DNA of 63,103 nt, counting the filler, from Octopus bimaculoides (taxonomy: Eukaryota), in NCBI RefSeq assembly GCF_001194135.2. It is 4 parts of 4 records of this genome, joined end to end, with 100 filler letters (N's around TTAATTAATTAA, not from the genome) between each part and the next. Parts side by side here need not be neighbours in the genome. Positions count along the whole stretch, not along the records: positions 1 to 20,515 come from NC_068981.1; 3 more parts are not named here. One strand, 5' to 3'. The translations under genes were made by a program, and so were the position numbers. The notes under the pieces are model-generated. The model was not told the origin of the DNA, ran no database searches, and was given only the letters and a program-made list of their open reading frames with translations. Of the stretch, positions 1 to 12,507 are shown one piece after another; the first letter of the stretch is position 1; the number at the start of each line of letters is the position of its first letter.

Positions 1-15
1 ATATATAGGACATCT

Positions 16-203
16 TTGTGTTTGTCCCTGCTTGAAAACCAGAGTTGGTTCGTTTATGTATTTGTAACGTAGCGGTTCGGCAAAAGAAACTGACATAATA
101 ATCACCAGGTTTTAAAAATAAGTACTAGAGTCTATCTGTTCAACTAAAACGCTTCAAGGCGGTGCTCCATTACGGCTGCAATCCAATGAGTGAAACAAGT
201 AAG
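16..203 (+). mobile_element. SINE family A (tRNA-derived, octopus-type), 3' half cut by the window start
   Basis: Contains the family A motifs TAGCGGTTCGGCAAAAGA and AAGGCGGTGCTCCA...TGAAACAAGTAA, which recur at 12508, 17790 and 55728. Confidence 0.75.
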
Positions 204-572
204 CAATACAGCATCAGATATGTTCAATAAATCCAAATCTATTGAATTGTTTGTTTTAATGATGTCAAATACTTTCTGGTTTATAACTGTTGGCGTAAAT
301 AAATTGTTTCGAGTTTAAACAAAAATGTAGTTTGTTTTGTAACTAAAATAGAATGGTTTTCCTTTGCGCATGTTCATAGTTTGCCGCTGGAAAATTGGAT
401 TGTGGGTATTTTAAGTCACTTTCTTTATATCCACCTCGACTGCAGTAGAGTACTAGTGAGAGGGATGTAAGTATACAAACATAAATGATGGCCGTCCACT
501 CGTGATCAAAGAAGACCATTGCTGACCTTCAGGAACATTGTGCGCTCTAGGACTAACTTATATTTTGCATTT

Positions 573-731
<159 letters not shown>

Positions 732-963
732 GAGAGAAGAGAGAGAGATGGGAGGGTACATATACGTTATTGTTTGTAATACAGCATTTTTATTCCGTCG
801 CTGTCATTTGATGTTATCTTCGTCGGTTGACAATATTTTCCTCTTATCTGATTTATTTAATGCGTTTACCAAAGTTTCGTAATTTACGAACCAAAATCTT
901 AGTCATAAATGGCACTGTCTCGTTCTTCCTTTCTCTGCCTCTCTCTCTGTCTCTCTTTCCCTT

Positions 964-1013
<50 letters not shown>

Positions 1014-1389
1014 CGTAGAACGTCAGATCTTAAAGCCGTTTCCAATAACGTCATTGTTTTAGTAAAGAATTTTTTCAATCATGCTTTACAATTATAAACA
1101 AAACCAAACATCATAATCCAAAGAGGACGTGGAGAGGAGGGGGAGGAGGTAGAAGGGGACAAAACAAGCTATATAAGTAAAAAGATGGAGTCACCATTGA
1201 CCCGTCATTTGGACCCACGTCTAAAGTAGTCTTCTTGGCCACAATAAAAATATAAAGTGATAGCAAGGCACGAATATACGATATACATTCGATGAGCTGA
1301 GGATATAAGACACACCGGGAGGTCTGAAGGAATTGGAGGAACTTATTTAGATTTAGGTCTGTCATCATCCTGAGGAGTCATAGAGCCAG

Positions 1390-1625
1390 AATCGAAACCG
1401 GTTTCCATGGCATACAAGATTACAACCCTCTCTCCACTCCCTGAACGGGACGCCGGTCTGGCGAAGGGTTAAGTTCTCAGCTATTGTTGGAAACCTTTTA
1501 CAGATGAGTAGACACGGAGCAGTGTGAAATGATTTTGCTCAAGAATACAATGCACCACCCGGTCTGAGAATCGAAGCCACGACTTTATGATCGTGAGAAT
1601 AATATTTCAACCACTAGGCCACGCC
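1390..1625 (-). mobile_element. tRNA-headed SINE (family C)
   Basis: The minus strand starts CGTGGCCTAGTGGTTGAA (A-box-like), then GTGGCTTCGATTCTC (B-box-like) and TTCTTGAGCAAA. It resembles the heads at 29946 and 46970. Confidence 0.55.
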
Positions 1626-1659
1626 AACCTTTAAAAAAAGGAAAAAAAGGACAGTCTTA

Positions 1660-1970
1660 ATGTAACGCCTACAAATCAAATAACGCCATTTCTAGATCTG
1701 AACAGCCAGATAGAAAACAACCGATCCACCAAAGAGAGAAATGAATGTCTTTACAGTAAGTAGAGGCATTTATGGAGAGAGTGAATGGCCAGACAGATGC
1801 AAAGCATCAGGGATAACCTCTCTACTTGGAAGAACATGCTCTGCTTCACAAGGGAAGCGCTCACTAATAAACTCTACTGGAGAAAACAAACGCCAAACAG
1901 CCACAAGTTTTCTAACAAACTAATAGACCAAACCATAAAACAATACGGTTCTAAATATATCAGGCACTTC
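1660..1970 (+). mobile_element. Degenerate Penelope-like element, RT C-terminal/thumb fragment
   Basis: Frameshifted pieces TPFLDL, ESEWPDRCKASGITSLLGRTCS and FSNKLIDQTIKQY resemble the PLE pattern LPFLD...SExPxRYKxSVIxxLxxRA...NGFSNKLIDxxIK. Confidence 0.5.
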
Positions 1971-2717
1971 GATACAGATGTGTGTGTGTGAGAGAGAGAG
2001 TGAGTATAGATTTAAATATATCACATATGACACCTACTAAAATATACACAAACTCTACGTAAAATCTAATCACACCGAATGAATTAAAACAATATCGAAA
2101 GATCATAAAACAGAACAAAATGGCTTCCACCCAACCATACATAAATTATATGATAGGGAAAAGGGCTGGAATTCGTGTGGTTCGGGATTAGTCGACAATC
2201 GTATTTGACTGGTACTTTATTTTGTCAATTGTCGAAGATTGAAAGGCAAAGTTGAGCTCAGTGGAATTTTAACTCAACGTAAAGAGCCGTTGCTTAATAC
2301 ACAAACCACTTTGTCCAACTTTCTCCCGATTTTACTAATCCACTGGCCTCAAAGTAGCACTAATAATATACAACGAAAGAGCTAAAATAAAGAAAAACAT
2401 CTTTATCGATGGCAAATCGGAAGCTTGTAACCTCCAGATGATTCCATAAATGTCCACAGTAATTAAAAAGGAACTATAAACAAAGGCGCAAACTATGGAC
2501 TTCATTATGTCAATCACTACATTGGCCAGACTAACACTATACTTTTTTGGCAACTCACTATGTATTTACAAGGAGAAATTGAAACGTACTGCATTAAAAA
2601 AGATAAATCAAAACTTGATAAAGAAACATTAGTAAGCAATACAGCTGCCTAATACATACATACATACATACATGGTTGCTATTATTAAAATCGATTTAAG
2701 TTCACTGATTATAAGTA

Positions 2718-2885
2718 TTTCTTTATTGCCCACAGTGGGGGGGGGGCTAAACATAGAGAGGATAAACAAAAACAGACAAAGGGATTAAGTCAATCACGTC
2801 GACCCCAGTGCGTAACTAGTACTTATTTAATTGATCCCGAATGGATGAAAGGCTAAGTCAACCTCGGTGGAAATTGAACTCAGAA
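2718..2885 (-). mobile_element. SINE family B (Meta-domain-like body), 5' truncated, tail type 1
   Basis: The plus strand has GTACTTATTTAATTGATCCCGAATGGATGAAAGGCTAAGTCAACCTCGG, shared with about 10 copies in the window. The tail reads TGTGGGCAATAAAGAAAT on the minus strand. Confidence 0.7.
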
Positions 2886-4134
2886 CAAAAGTTGGTGAAG
2901 AAGAAAGAAGTGTTAACGGAAGTCTACGATTGGAAATGAAAAAAAGCATTTCTTGAATCAACCTTTTTTATTCCAGTTTCAGGAGATTGTTATATTATTT
3001 CTATTGTGTTTTTGTGTTGTTTTTACGTAGGAGAGACAGACAGACAGACAGAGACAGAGAAAGAGAGAGGGGGATGATGCGAGAGGGAGAAAAAGAGAGA
3101 TATGAGAGAATATGAGAGAAATGGTTTGGCCGCGAGGTAAGACTCTGGCCGCAATTAAGACATTTCTGGTGGCAGATTAAATCGTAGCTTTACACACAAG
3201 AAAACTATGAAGGTCTAGGAAGCTTCTTTTTGCATTTATCTCGGTAGGAAAATATTTTAAAATGTGTTTTATTATGTCTACCGACATGTTACACCAGCAT
3301 CGCAAGATGATTGGCTGTGATATATGTTGTCAGGCGTATTGATTATTTGCAGAGAAGGTTTAAGGCTTGCTATCATAAAATTACTACACGCGGTGATATC
3401 AGCCAAAGCGTGATTCTAAATCTAAACAGAGACAGTGAATTACTTACTACATGCCTTTATATTTCACTTCATCTCTCGATGTTTTCTTATTTCTTTTATA
3501 TATATATATTTCTTTGCGTTATTTCGATTTTTTTTTCTTTGCGTTATTTCTAATGTCTTGTTTATGACATGTCTTAGTGCTGCTTATTTTATGCACATTT
3601 GGGGGAAATGTGATGTAATGGAAATATTCTAAATATGGTCTCTTTTCTTCTTTTTAAATTCAGTGTTCGTTGGTGGAAGACACAATTACGCAAGATTTGG
3701 ACAGTTTTTAACAACTTTCATCCGGCACAAATGCGTTGTGGAAACAACATTATTCATATCTCAACACAGAAAAAAAAAAGAAACGTCCACAGAGATATCA
3801 GACATTCATCTTAAACAGATATATCGTTCCCTGGCAGAAGAAGGACAACAGCAATGGTCAAGAATTGGAAGCTAGAGTAAATATCATCTTTTAGAAAGTA
3901 CCAATTTCTTTACTTCTTCTTGCTCTAATATCAACATAAAACAAACCAATACTAAATGCTTTATGCAATGATGAAACTGTGAAGGTTTAGAATCATGGAT
4001 GAACCTTAAAATTTGGCCGTTTCTAACAAATTACGAAATGTCTAATCATGTAATGGCATGATTAGATTAAATTTGATTTAATCTTAAATATTTCACCTTG
4101 TTTAAAGTGGAATTCTGAACCCTCCAAAAGGTAG

Positions 4135-4467
4135 GGACATGTGCCACAGTTAGGTCGACCACATCTTTTCACTTTTGGTGAAATTAAAAAAAGGAATCTC
4201 CCAGCACTACCAGACTTTCAAAAATCCAAACTTAAGTAAGTTTACAGGTTTTAGAATTGAAATCTAGAAAAAAAAGAGTACATCCTTAGTTGGAGTATAA
4301 TAGATAGAGCCCACTCTTATAATATTGGGGATAAAATTTGCTTATTGTGTATAATAGAATTTATGAGACTACAACAGTCTAGAGATAAATTACTAAACAC
4401 ATACGAAGAAAGAGCAGTTGAATATAGACACCAAAGTAATTTTACTTTCGATAAAATGAAATACTGA
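4135..4467 (+). mobile_element. Penelope-like element GIY-YIG endonuclease C-terminus (decayed)
   Basis: 4282-4467 translates without stops as ILSWSIIDRAHSYNIGDKICLLCIIEFMRLQQSRDKLLNTYEERAVEYRHQSNFTFDKMKY*. This matches the PLE end pattern WxIxxRAxxY...CxLC...LLN...RHxxxF. A frameshifted GEIKKRISQHYQTFKNP lies upstream. Confidence 0.7.
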
Positions 4468-5002
4468 ACCACCCCTTGAATCTCATCACCACACACTTTT
4501 GATTTCTTCAGTAGTTGAATAGATTATATAAATAATTAAATAAATAAACTAATTAGATATTATGAAATATTACATTATAACAAATTATATATGCATGGCC
4601 GCAGCTCTAAGCTGAAACTATAAACAACAAATATATCCTTCAACATAGTTGAATAGAATATAATAATAGAAGCAGATAATTTGATTTAAACTATGCTTAG
4701 TGGAATTGTCCCCTTAGAACTAATCACCTATAAATTTTCATAGTGCTCAGCTATATTCACTTCCTCTAATCGCCATTTTGAATAACATCTTGATCCTTTA
4801 TTTTTTACATTTAATCACTGACCTCTTCATTCTGATTTATAATTTTATATTTGACATTCTAAGTTTGATATATGTATGCTAGTTTATATTTATAATTTAT
4901 AATTTTTAATTCTTAATTTTGTAAAGTTTATTTTTAATTTTTAATTTTTAATTTAACGCTGAATTTTTATGGTGATTTAAAATAGCTGAACAATATTTTG
5001 GA

Positions 5003-5092
5003 AAATGAACCTGAAGATGCGTTGGTAGAATTATAAATCTGATGATTACATATATTCTGATCTTCCAATACAGAAACATGTGTAGTTCCTTT
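5003..5092 (+). ncRNA. Minimal type I hammerhead ribozyme motif in the PLE 3' region
   Basis: Stem I is AAATGAAC (5003-5010) with GTTCCTTT (5085-5092), 7/8 paired. The core is CTGAAGA (5011-5017). Stem II is 5018-5029 with 5061-5072 (10/12 paired). Then come GAAA (5073-5076), C-ATGT-G with palindromic ACATGT, and the triplet GTA (5082-5084). Confidence 0.7.
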
Positions 5093-5327
5093 CTAATTAT
5101 AATTTTAACTCAAATAAGGGCTAATTAAGGTAGTATATTTTATACCATGCTATTGTATAGGTTTTATCTTCAAGTATTATTTCTTGATGTGCATATAAAT
5201 ATCACGAGCTTTCCATCATAAATACTCGTCATATTCTTTTTGCATTATCTGAAATGGAATGCCCACAAATCTATTGATTGGAATCCCAATAACTGAACTT
5301 ATATATATATATGTATGTCTATCTATC

Positions 5328-5374
<47 letters not shown>

Positions 5375-6499
5375 TTATCTATCTATCTATATACATGTAT
5401 ATATATATATATATGTATATATAAAACACGCTCGCGCGCGCATTCACGTTCCAGAGTCACTAACTCAGTCTCCACTGTGTCCAACATTCATAACTTTCAG
5501 CCAACCAGATGCCCTTGACCCCTACCGCCACCCTCAAGTGACCGCTGGTCAATGTCCGTGAACTAAACCTCTTCACCCTAACATTTATGCTCACTGCTTC
5601 CTTATAACTTTGGTTTCAGGGCTACATACCGCGCGCGCGCGCACGCGTTGCACGGCTAACTTCACGGCCAGATGTGCTATTGTATATATATCTGTTTATC
5701 ACATCTGCTAAATCTTGTTGCTTTGTTATCACTTGATTACACAAGAAGGTCAGTTATTAATATTCGATACTTATTGATTTCTCCCTTCACCTCCCTCCTT
5801 CCCTCTCTTGCCGCTCATACATATCTCCTATATATCCCGATTTTGTATTCTCATACTCTGGGTGTAGATAGACAGACAGACAAACTGACAGACAGATAGA
5901 TAAATAGATACGCGCGCGCGCAGACACACACACACACACGCACACAAACACACACGCATGCTTCGTTTTTGCAAGATTCTTGATGTGGATTGGTGTGCTA
6001 AAACAAATCTTGCTGTTTCTTGAGAGGGTCATCATGCCAATAATAATAACACACGCACTGATTCCATATCACTTCTTAGTTGTTAGTCAATTTAGTTAAA
6101 TATCTAAAATTAAATATCTAGCCACCTAACAAACCGATCGCTTGTTTAATGTGCTGGTTAAACAATCAATCGGTCGTTCGTCAGTGAAACTCCTTTCGTC
6201 ACCTTTCGCCACCCCTTCAATGACATGCTCTCTTTATTCCAGGTCTACCCCAAGTCTATCTTAGAATTGGTCTTATACCTTTATGTATGTATGCTTGTAT
6301 TGTGTATGTAGATGTGTATTTGCTGAGAAGAGAAGGTAAGGGTGAGAGGAAAGGAGAAGTTTGTGTTTATGTGTGTGTGCGCGTGCACGTGCATGTGTGT
6401 GTATTTGTGTTTGCGTGTTTGTGAATGTAAGTGCATTAACCATCCATAACCAGTGCGTGTGTTATCTTTATTGGTGTAATGACCCTTCCAAGAAACAAG

Positions 6500-6564
<65 letters not shown>

Positions 6565-6984
6565 ATATATTTATATATAATATATATGTATATGCATATA
6601 TACATACGTATATGTATATACTTACATCTATACGTATATATATATGTGCACATGTGGACACAGGACGTCACGAAATGTGTACAACAAAAAAATACGAAGT
6701 ACGAGTACATGGAATATGAACTATATTTTCAAACATCGAAAGACACAAATGGAAAACAAGACAAACAACATAAAGAACGACCCTTCATCGGTTGTTAGTT
6801 GTTTTTCTACTCTCGTATTTCGATTATCATATATATAGGACATAAAATATGAACAATAATAAACAAGTGAAGAAAGAATATATAGTGCGTGTGTTTATTT
6901 GGCAAGAAAAAAATGACCGTCATATAATAATATCTATTTCAACATACGATTTTACATCAGGAATCTTGCAAAACAAATACATAA

Positions 6985-7046
<62 letters not shown>

Positions 7047-7481
7047 NNNNNNNNNNNNNNNNNNNNNNNNNNNNNNNNNNNNNNNNNNNNNNNNNNNNNN
7101 NNNNNNNNNNNNNNNNNNNNNNNNNNNNNNNNNNNNNNNNNNNNNNNNNNNNNNNNNNNNNNNNNNNNNNNNNNNNNNNNNNNNNNNNNNNNNNNNNNNN
7201 NNNNNNNNNNNNNNNNNNNNNNNNNNNNNNNNNNNNNNNNNNNNNNNNNNNNNNNNNNNNNNNNNNNNNNNNNNNNNNNNNNNNNNNNNNNNNNNNNNNN
7301 NNNNNNNNNNNNNNNNNNNNNNNNNNNNNNNNNNNNNNNNNNNNNNNNNNNNNNNNNNNNNNNNNNNNNNNNNNNNNNNNNNNNNNNNNNNNNNNNNNNN
7401 NNNGTATTTACTTATGTCAGCGGCGGCTGTGTAGTATTATCGGTTGGTAGATCAGAATCCGTGGCTGCGGTTGCTCTTTGT

Positions 7482-8205
7482 TCGGGGTCACCAATTATAG
7501 GAAAGTGGTTATACACCATTAGGTGTACACCCGCTTTCCCATATTAAATTCTAAATAATAACGGAACGCAGATCTTTTAGCTCGAGGTACCAATTGTTGG
7601 AATGAGGTCCGTACTAGCATCCGACGCTCAACTACAGCTCTGCTCACTGACCACAACTTCCTGCGTATTAACATTCATTTCTTTGATTTGTCTTTTTGTG
7701 TGTTTGTGCCACATCTTGTAGTTGGTTTCAGTGGCCATCTTACCTCAGACGACCCTCCAAAATTTCTATTTTCGTGTTTCCACACTCAAGGGGGAGCCAT
7801 TGTAGTGACGTCATTTGGCGCCAACATACAGTCGCCATTACTGCGTTTTCATCTACGCATGCGCAGGGAATAGTTCCGGAAGGAATACAGGAAGAGTCCC
7901 ATGCGCATGCGTGGAATTCAACATCAAAACGTTCCCGCTCTTTTCATTCTCTTTTCCCGGCCGGGCGGCCATGAGCGTGGTCATGTCAAGCTGTCTCTCC
8001 AGCTTTCCAACTCTGAGGACAGCTCACAACAACATTCCAACGTCTCAGCAACCAAGATTAAAGCTGCCTATTTTCCTCCATAAATAAACATTGTTGTGTT
8101 GATAGTTCAGAGTTCTGCGTTTCGTTGTTCTTTTGAATTTAATGTACGGAAGCGGGTATACACCTAATGGTGTATAACCAATTTCCTACAAAGTGGTGAC
8201 CCCGA
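7482..8205. mobile_element. MITE-like non-autonomous DNA element with ~90-bp imperfect TIRs
   Basis: It starts TCGGGGTCACCA and ends TGGTGACCCCGA. 7482-7571 aligns with the reverse complement of 8113-8205 at roughly 80% by eye. No TSD was found and the superfamily is unknown. Confidence 0.6.
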
Positions 8206-8599
8206 CGTGATAAAAATTTTTTTTTTTTAAAAACCACTTTGTAGGAAATTGGTTACACACCATTAGGTGTATACCCGCTTCCGTACATTAAATTCAAAAG
8301 AACAACGAAACGCAGAACTCTGAACTATCAACACAACAATGTTTATTTATGGAGGAAAATAGGCAGCTTTAATCTTGGTTTCTGAGACGTTGGAACGTTG
8401 GAATGAGCTGTCCCCAGAGTTGGAATGTTGGAGAGACAGCTTGACATGACCATGCTCATGGCCGCCCGGCCGGGAAAAGAGAATGAAAAGAGCGGGAACG
8501 TTTTGATGTTGAATTCCACGCATGCGCATGGGACTCTTCCTGTGTTCCTTCCGGAACTATTCCCTGTGCATGCGTAGATGAAAACGCAGTAATGGCGAC
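7831..8599. repeat. Long inverted repeat: two ~367-bp arms (7831-8197, 8233-8599) with a 35-nt spacer
   Basis: The arms are reverse complements with about a dozen substitutions. This also shows as near-identical ORFs 7815+ and 8343- in the track. Confidence 0.95.
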
Positions 8600-8610
8600 A
8601 CACACACACG

Positions 8611-8642
<32 letters not shown>

Positions 8643-8644
<2 letters not shown>

Positions 8645-9243
8645 CTGAACCACAAAAGAAACGTTGCACTGTAAAAGATTATTTGTTCACACACGACATT
8701 GAGCTTATATGGCTTTTGTCACATTTCTAGGTAGCAAACCATCGAACGTCTCCATGCTGGTCAACGTCCGTGGGTCAGTGCTAATAACTTGAACTGCAGT
8801 ATTCGGACAATTGAGTGACTGAGGGAACGATATAATGCCACAGACAGCCCGGATGATCGTCCACGCAGTGGCCGACCAAGGGTTACAACGGCACGTCAAG
8901 ATCGCCACCTACACCGACAGCACTTGCAGGACCGATTCCGGAGGACAACGGAATCATCTGGGCAGACCATAGGGAGTCACCACAAACCTACCTGCGCAGA
9001 AGCAATTCGCCGTCGGCTGAGATCTTTCAGTCTGTCTTGTGGACGTCCTCACAGGTCGTCATCGACAGGCTCGTATGTAGTGGGCTCAAAAACGTCAGAA
9101 CTGTCGATATCAGCAGTGGAGGACTGTAGTCTTCTCTGACGAAAGTCGATATTGCATTTCTGTGGCAGATGGCAGAGCTAGGGCTTGGAGAAGAAGTGGT
9201 GAGCGTCATGCTGATGGCTGTGTGGTGGAAAGAGATGTTAGCT
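8643..9243 (+). mobile_element. Tc1-family DNA transposon, 5' TIR plus truncated transposase pseudogene
   Basis: The TIR-like TACTGAACCACAAAAGAAACG follows (TA)n. 8735 onward reads ...DDRPRSGRPRVTTARQDRHLHRQHLQDRF...AIRRRLR. After a frameshift it reads WAQKRQ...QWRTVVFSDESRYCISVADGRARAWRRSGER, including the first catalytic D. There are in-frame stops. Confidence 0.85.
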
Positions 9244-9798
9244 CAGTACAGGCATCGCAATAACTGGCCAATCAGCGTGTATAAACATTAATTATAGTAC
9301 ATAGATGCCGCTTGAGTTGCGTGTTCCCGATTCGCAACGTAAGTGACTGTTTTAGTCACTTGTTCCTATATCGAAGACCACAAATTCACGTCCGAGCATC
9401 TGATCAGCTGAAGTTACACGCTATTGCAAAGGTCCAAATAGGCCGAAATACATCTGACGCACCCGCTGATGGTTGATGAGATAAATGTTCGTCTCCCTCT
9501 TATGCTTATCCTGTTTTTAACACAACCCGTCCATAAGAGATGTTATTTCAGGACAAATACCGCACTAACAAATATCGACAGTATTTATATATTAACGATT
9601 ATTCTTAATTTTAATTCCTTAATATCGTATACCGAATATATATATNNNNNNNNNNNNNNNNNNNNNNNNNNNNNNNNNNNNNNNNNNNNNNNNNNNNNNN
9701 NNNNNNNNNNNNNNNNNNNNNNNNNNNNNNNNNNNNNNNNNNNNNNNNNNNNNNNNNNNNNNNNNNNNNNNNATATATGTGTGTGTGTATATATATGT

Positions 9799-9830
<32 letters not shown>

Positions 9831-10844
9831 AATTACTTGCTTTTGTGTCTTGCATCGACGTCTTCAATAATTGCTTAACCCATTGCTAACTGCTCAATCC
9901 ATAATTTATGGCAGTTTCTGTCATGACTTGTAACATCTACAGCTCTCCAATCACACCAGCTGTAATAACCTGACCGTCAAAAAAAGAAAAGAAAAGATGT
10001 CTGTCGCCAAAAGAAAAACACAAAATAAATAAATGATTAATTAATTGGCACATTTCTAAATTTGATCAGCAATATTTCTCAAGCATGTACGGAGCGTAAC
10101 TGAGCAGAAGGTTTCGTCATTTCTCTGATAAATGTTCGGTTTCATTCTCATAATGGCCCGTGAAACGGACGATAAGATCGGCCATAAAATCGCTGCAAAA
10201 CTGGCTTCACTCGTTTATGACAGAACTGCGAGACAAAATTGAAGAGAATTTTTCAGAAATAATCCAAGTCATGTGTAAATACATGGACAAAATTAAATAT
10301 GGCGATGGTCAACGAGTGTAGGTCACAACTTGACCCCATTTTATGTGACTCCCTGCATCCCCCTCACACTGGTCAGGAACAGCATCAACAAACAGCAGCA
10401 GTAGAACATAACAACGACAATTATAATCCCCAAAGCAACTCTTATCAGGCCTCTATTCGATGGCAAAACACTAACAAGATCGGCCATCTTAAACAGAAAC
10501 ATCGCTCTTCAAACGACAAGGTTGATATCGTTATAAAGCCATTTGTAATTTTGAACCCAGTGGAAACAAGAATCGCTCTGCCTGTGGAGACGACTCTGAT
10601 AGATACTGTTTTACATGGGTTTGTACATTTATGTCTTACTCGTGGCCTCTCAACACCCAATGCCAAAATCCACATTCACAAGACTGGAACTTTCTGTAGC
10701 ACTTCGCCATCAGAATCGGGGACAAAACCTCCAGAAACAGTCATTCTTACAAAGAATGAGTATTTTCATGCAACGGAGAAGGTTCTGGCCGTTCACCGGT
10801 TTTATTGGACCAATCAGAGAGCATTATCTTTCAACCATATCCAT

Positions 10845-11420
10845 CATCATCATCGTCATCATTATTTAACGTCTGTTTTCCATGTTGGCATGGGTCAGCT
10901 GGAAAGCTGCACCAGGCTCCAGTTGTCTGTTTTGGCATGATTTCTACGGCTGGATGCCCTTCCTAACATGCCAATCACTTCACAGAGTGTACTGGGAGCT
11001 TTCACGCAGCACCGGCGTGGGTTCTTTTTTATATGGCACTAGCACCCACGAACCCGCGAGACAAGGATCCCTCAGCTGAAGAGGGATGCAGGGGACATGC
11101 CTGAACGCAAGGACAAGCTCAATTTTACTTAGCCCGACGTGTCTTCTCAAGCACAGCAAACCGCCCGAAGTCTCGGTCTTTGTGTGGCCCAAAATCTGAA
11201 GATCCTTTCTCACTACTTCGTCCCACGTCTTTCTGGGTCTACCCCTGCCATACGTTCCGTCCACAATTAGAGCTCGGCACTTCTCGATGCTACTGCCTTC
11301 ATCCCTACGCATCACATGGCCATACCAGCACTGTCTCCTCTCCAGCACACTACACCTGATACGCCTCATACCCAGTGTTTCTCTCAAATCGCTTACACTT
11401 TCCCCATATATAAACAGCAA
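10845..11420 (-). mobile_element. RTE-clade LINE, 5'-truncated 3' end with (GAT)n tail
   Basis: ORF 10980-11420 contains CWYGHVMRR...GRGRPRKTWDEVVRKDL, the RTE C-terminal motif. The 3' UTR ends in (GAT)n, and the same 3' UTR recurs many times in the window. Confidence 0.8.
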
Positions 11421-11847
11421 CTCAAAACCTGTCTGCTATCTTCTCTCAGTTAACGCAGCCGGGGCATGCTGTTTCTCTTCTTCCAACGGCAGAACACAAC
11501 CGGCAGAACACAACCAGCAGACACAGTCCCCCAGTTCTCCCGCTCACTTGGTCTCAATACCAGACATATTTTATTGGAACAGAACATCTCGATCGCTTTA
11601 TATCTTTCCACCCGGTTGCGTTCTGTTGATATTTCACCAGTTTCCCCCCCCCCCCTTCCTTTCACACTATGTATATAACAAAAACATATCTAACCGTTCT
11701 CCAACCACTTATATTTAACACAACCCTTGTTTGTTCGAATTAATATATTTTTTTCGTTAATGTTGTGATTGTAAATTGTGTTTTCCTCTGAAGAAACAGC
11801 TGCAAAAGAACCCTCTAATTACAGACTCTCGCAAATGCACGAGTCGT

Positions 11848-12100
11848 TTCACCATCGCCATCGTCGCCGTTTAACATCCGCTTTCCATGCTGGCATGGGT
11901 TGGACAGTTTTACTGAGGACTGGCAAGCCAGAAGGCTGCACCAGACCCCAGTCTGATCCGGCAGAGTTTCTACAGGTGGATGCCCTTCCTAAAGCCAACC
12001 ACTCCGAGGGTGTAATGGGTGCTTTTACGTGCCACCGGCCTGGGAGCCAGTCAGACGGCACTGGCATAGGTCACGCTCGAATGGTGCTATTTACGTGCCA
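11848..12100 (-). mobile_element. RTE 3'-UTR-derived dispersed repeat (other copies near 13350-13600, 20890-21060, 22135-22500, 39370-39625, 41400-41520, 44920-45035)
   Basis: Shares TTTAACATCCGCTTTCCATGCTGGCATGGG...GGATGCCCTTCCTAA with the 10845-11040 RTE tail. Confidence 0.7.
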
Positions 12101-12507
12101 TTGAACTACTTGGGCTGGCAGAGGTCTACATTTCTGGTGGTTCATAGAAATGACCCATGGAAGAAGGGTCTCTTAATAGATGACCTGTACAACTGGTGCC
12201 AGTATGGAAAGCAGATCTAAAAGGGATGAGAGATGGTGAAAGTGTGCCAGGTGGCACACCCTATGACTAAAGTGCACACCCCGCACCCCACCTCTAACCC
12301 ATCTCCTGGCTTTCCCTCCCTCTCATACCAAAGTAGCCATGTATCTCTGCTACTGCAAAACACCTGTCTCTCTTCCTTTACTCACACCCTAACCCACTGA
12401 TTCTCAACCATTTCACGCCTTTCAACCCCTTCGGTTCCTGCACCCCGCCCTCCCCTCTCCACCACAAGCCATTCAATGTTTTAAAACGTCCTGTTATATT
12501 TTTATAA

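Noticed and set aside
5629-5940. (CG)n/(CA)n alternating tracts with Z-DNA potential
   Set aside because: They are short and ordinary given the microsatellite density, with nothing linking them to function.
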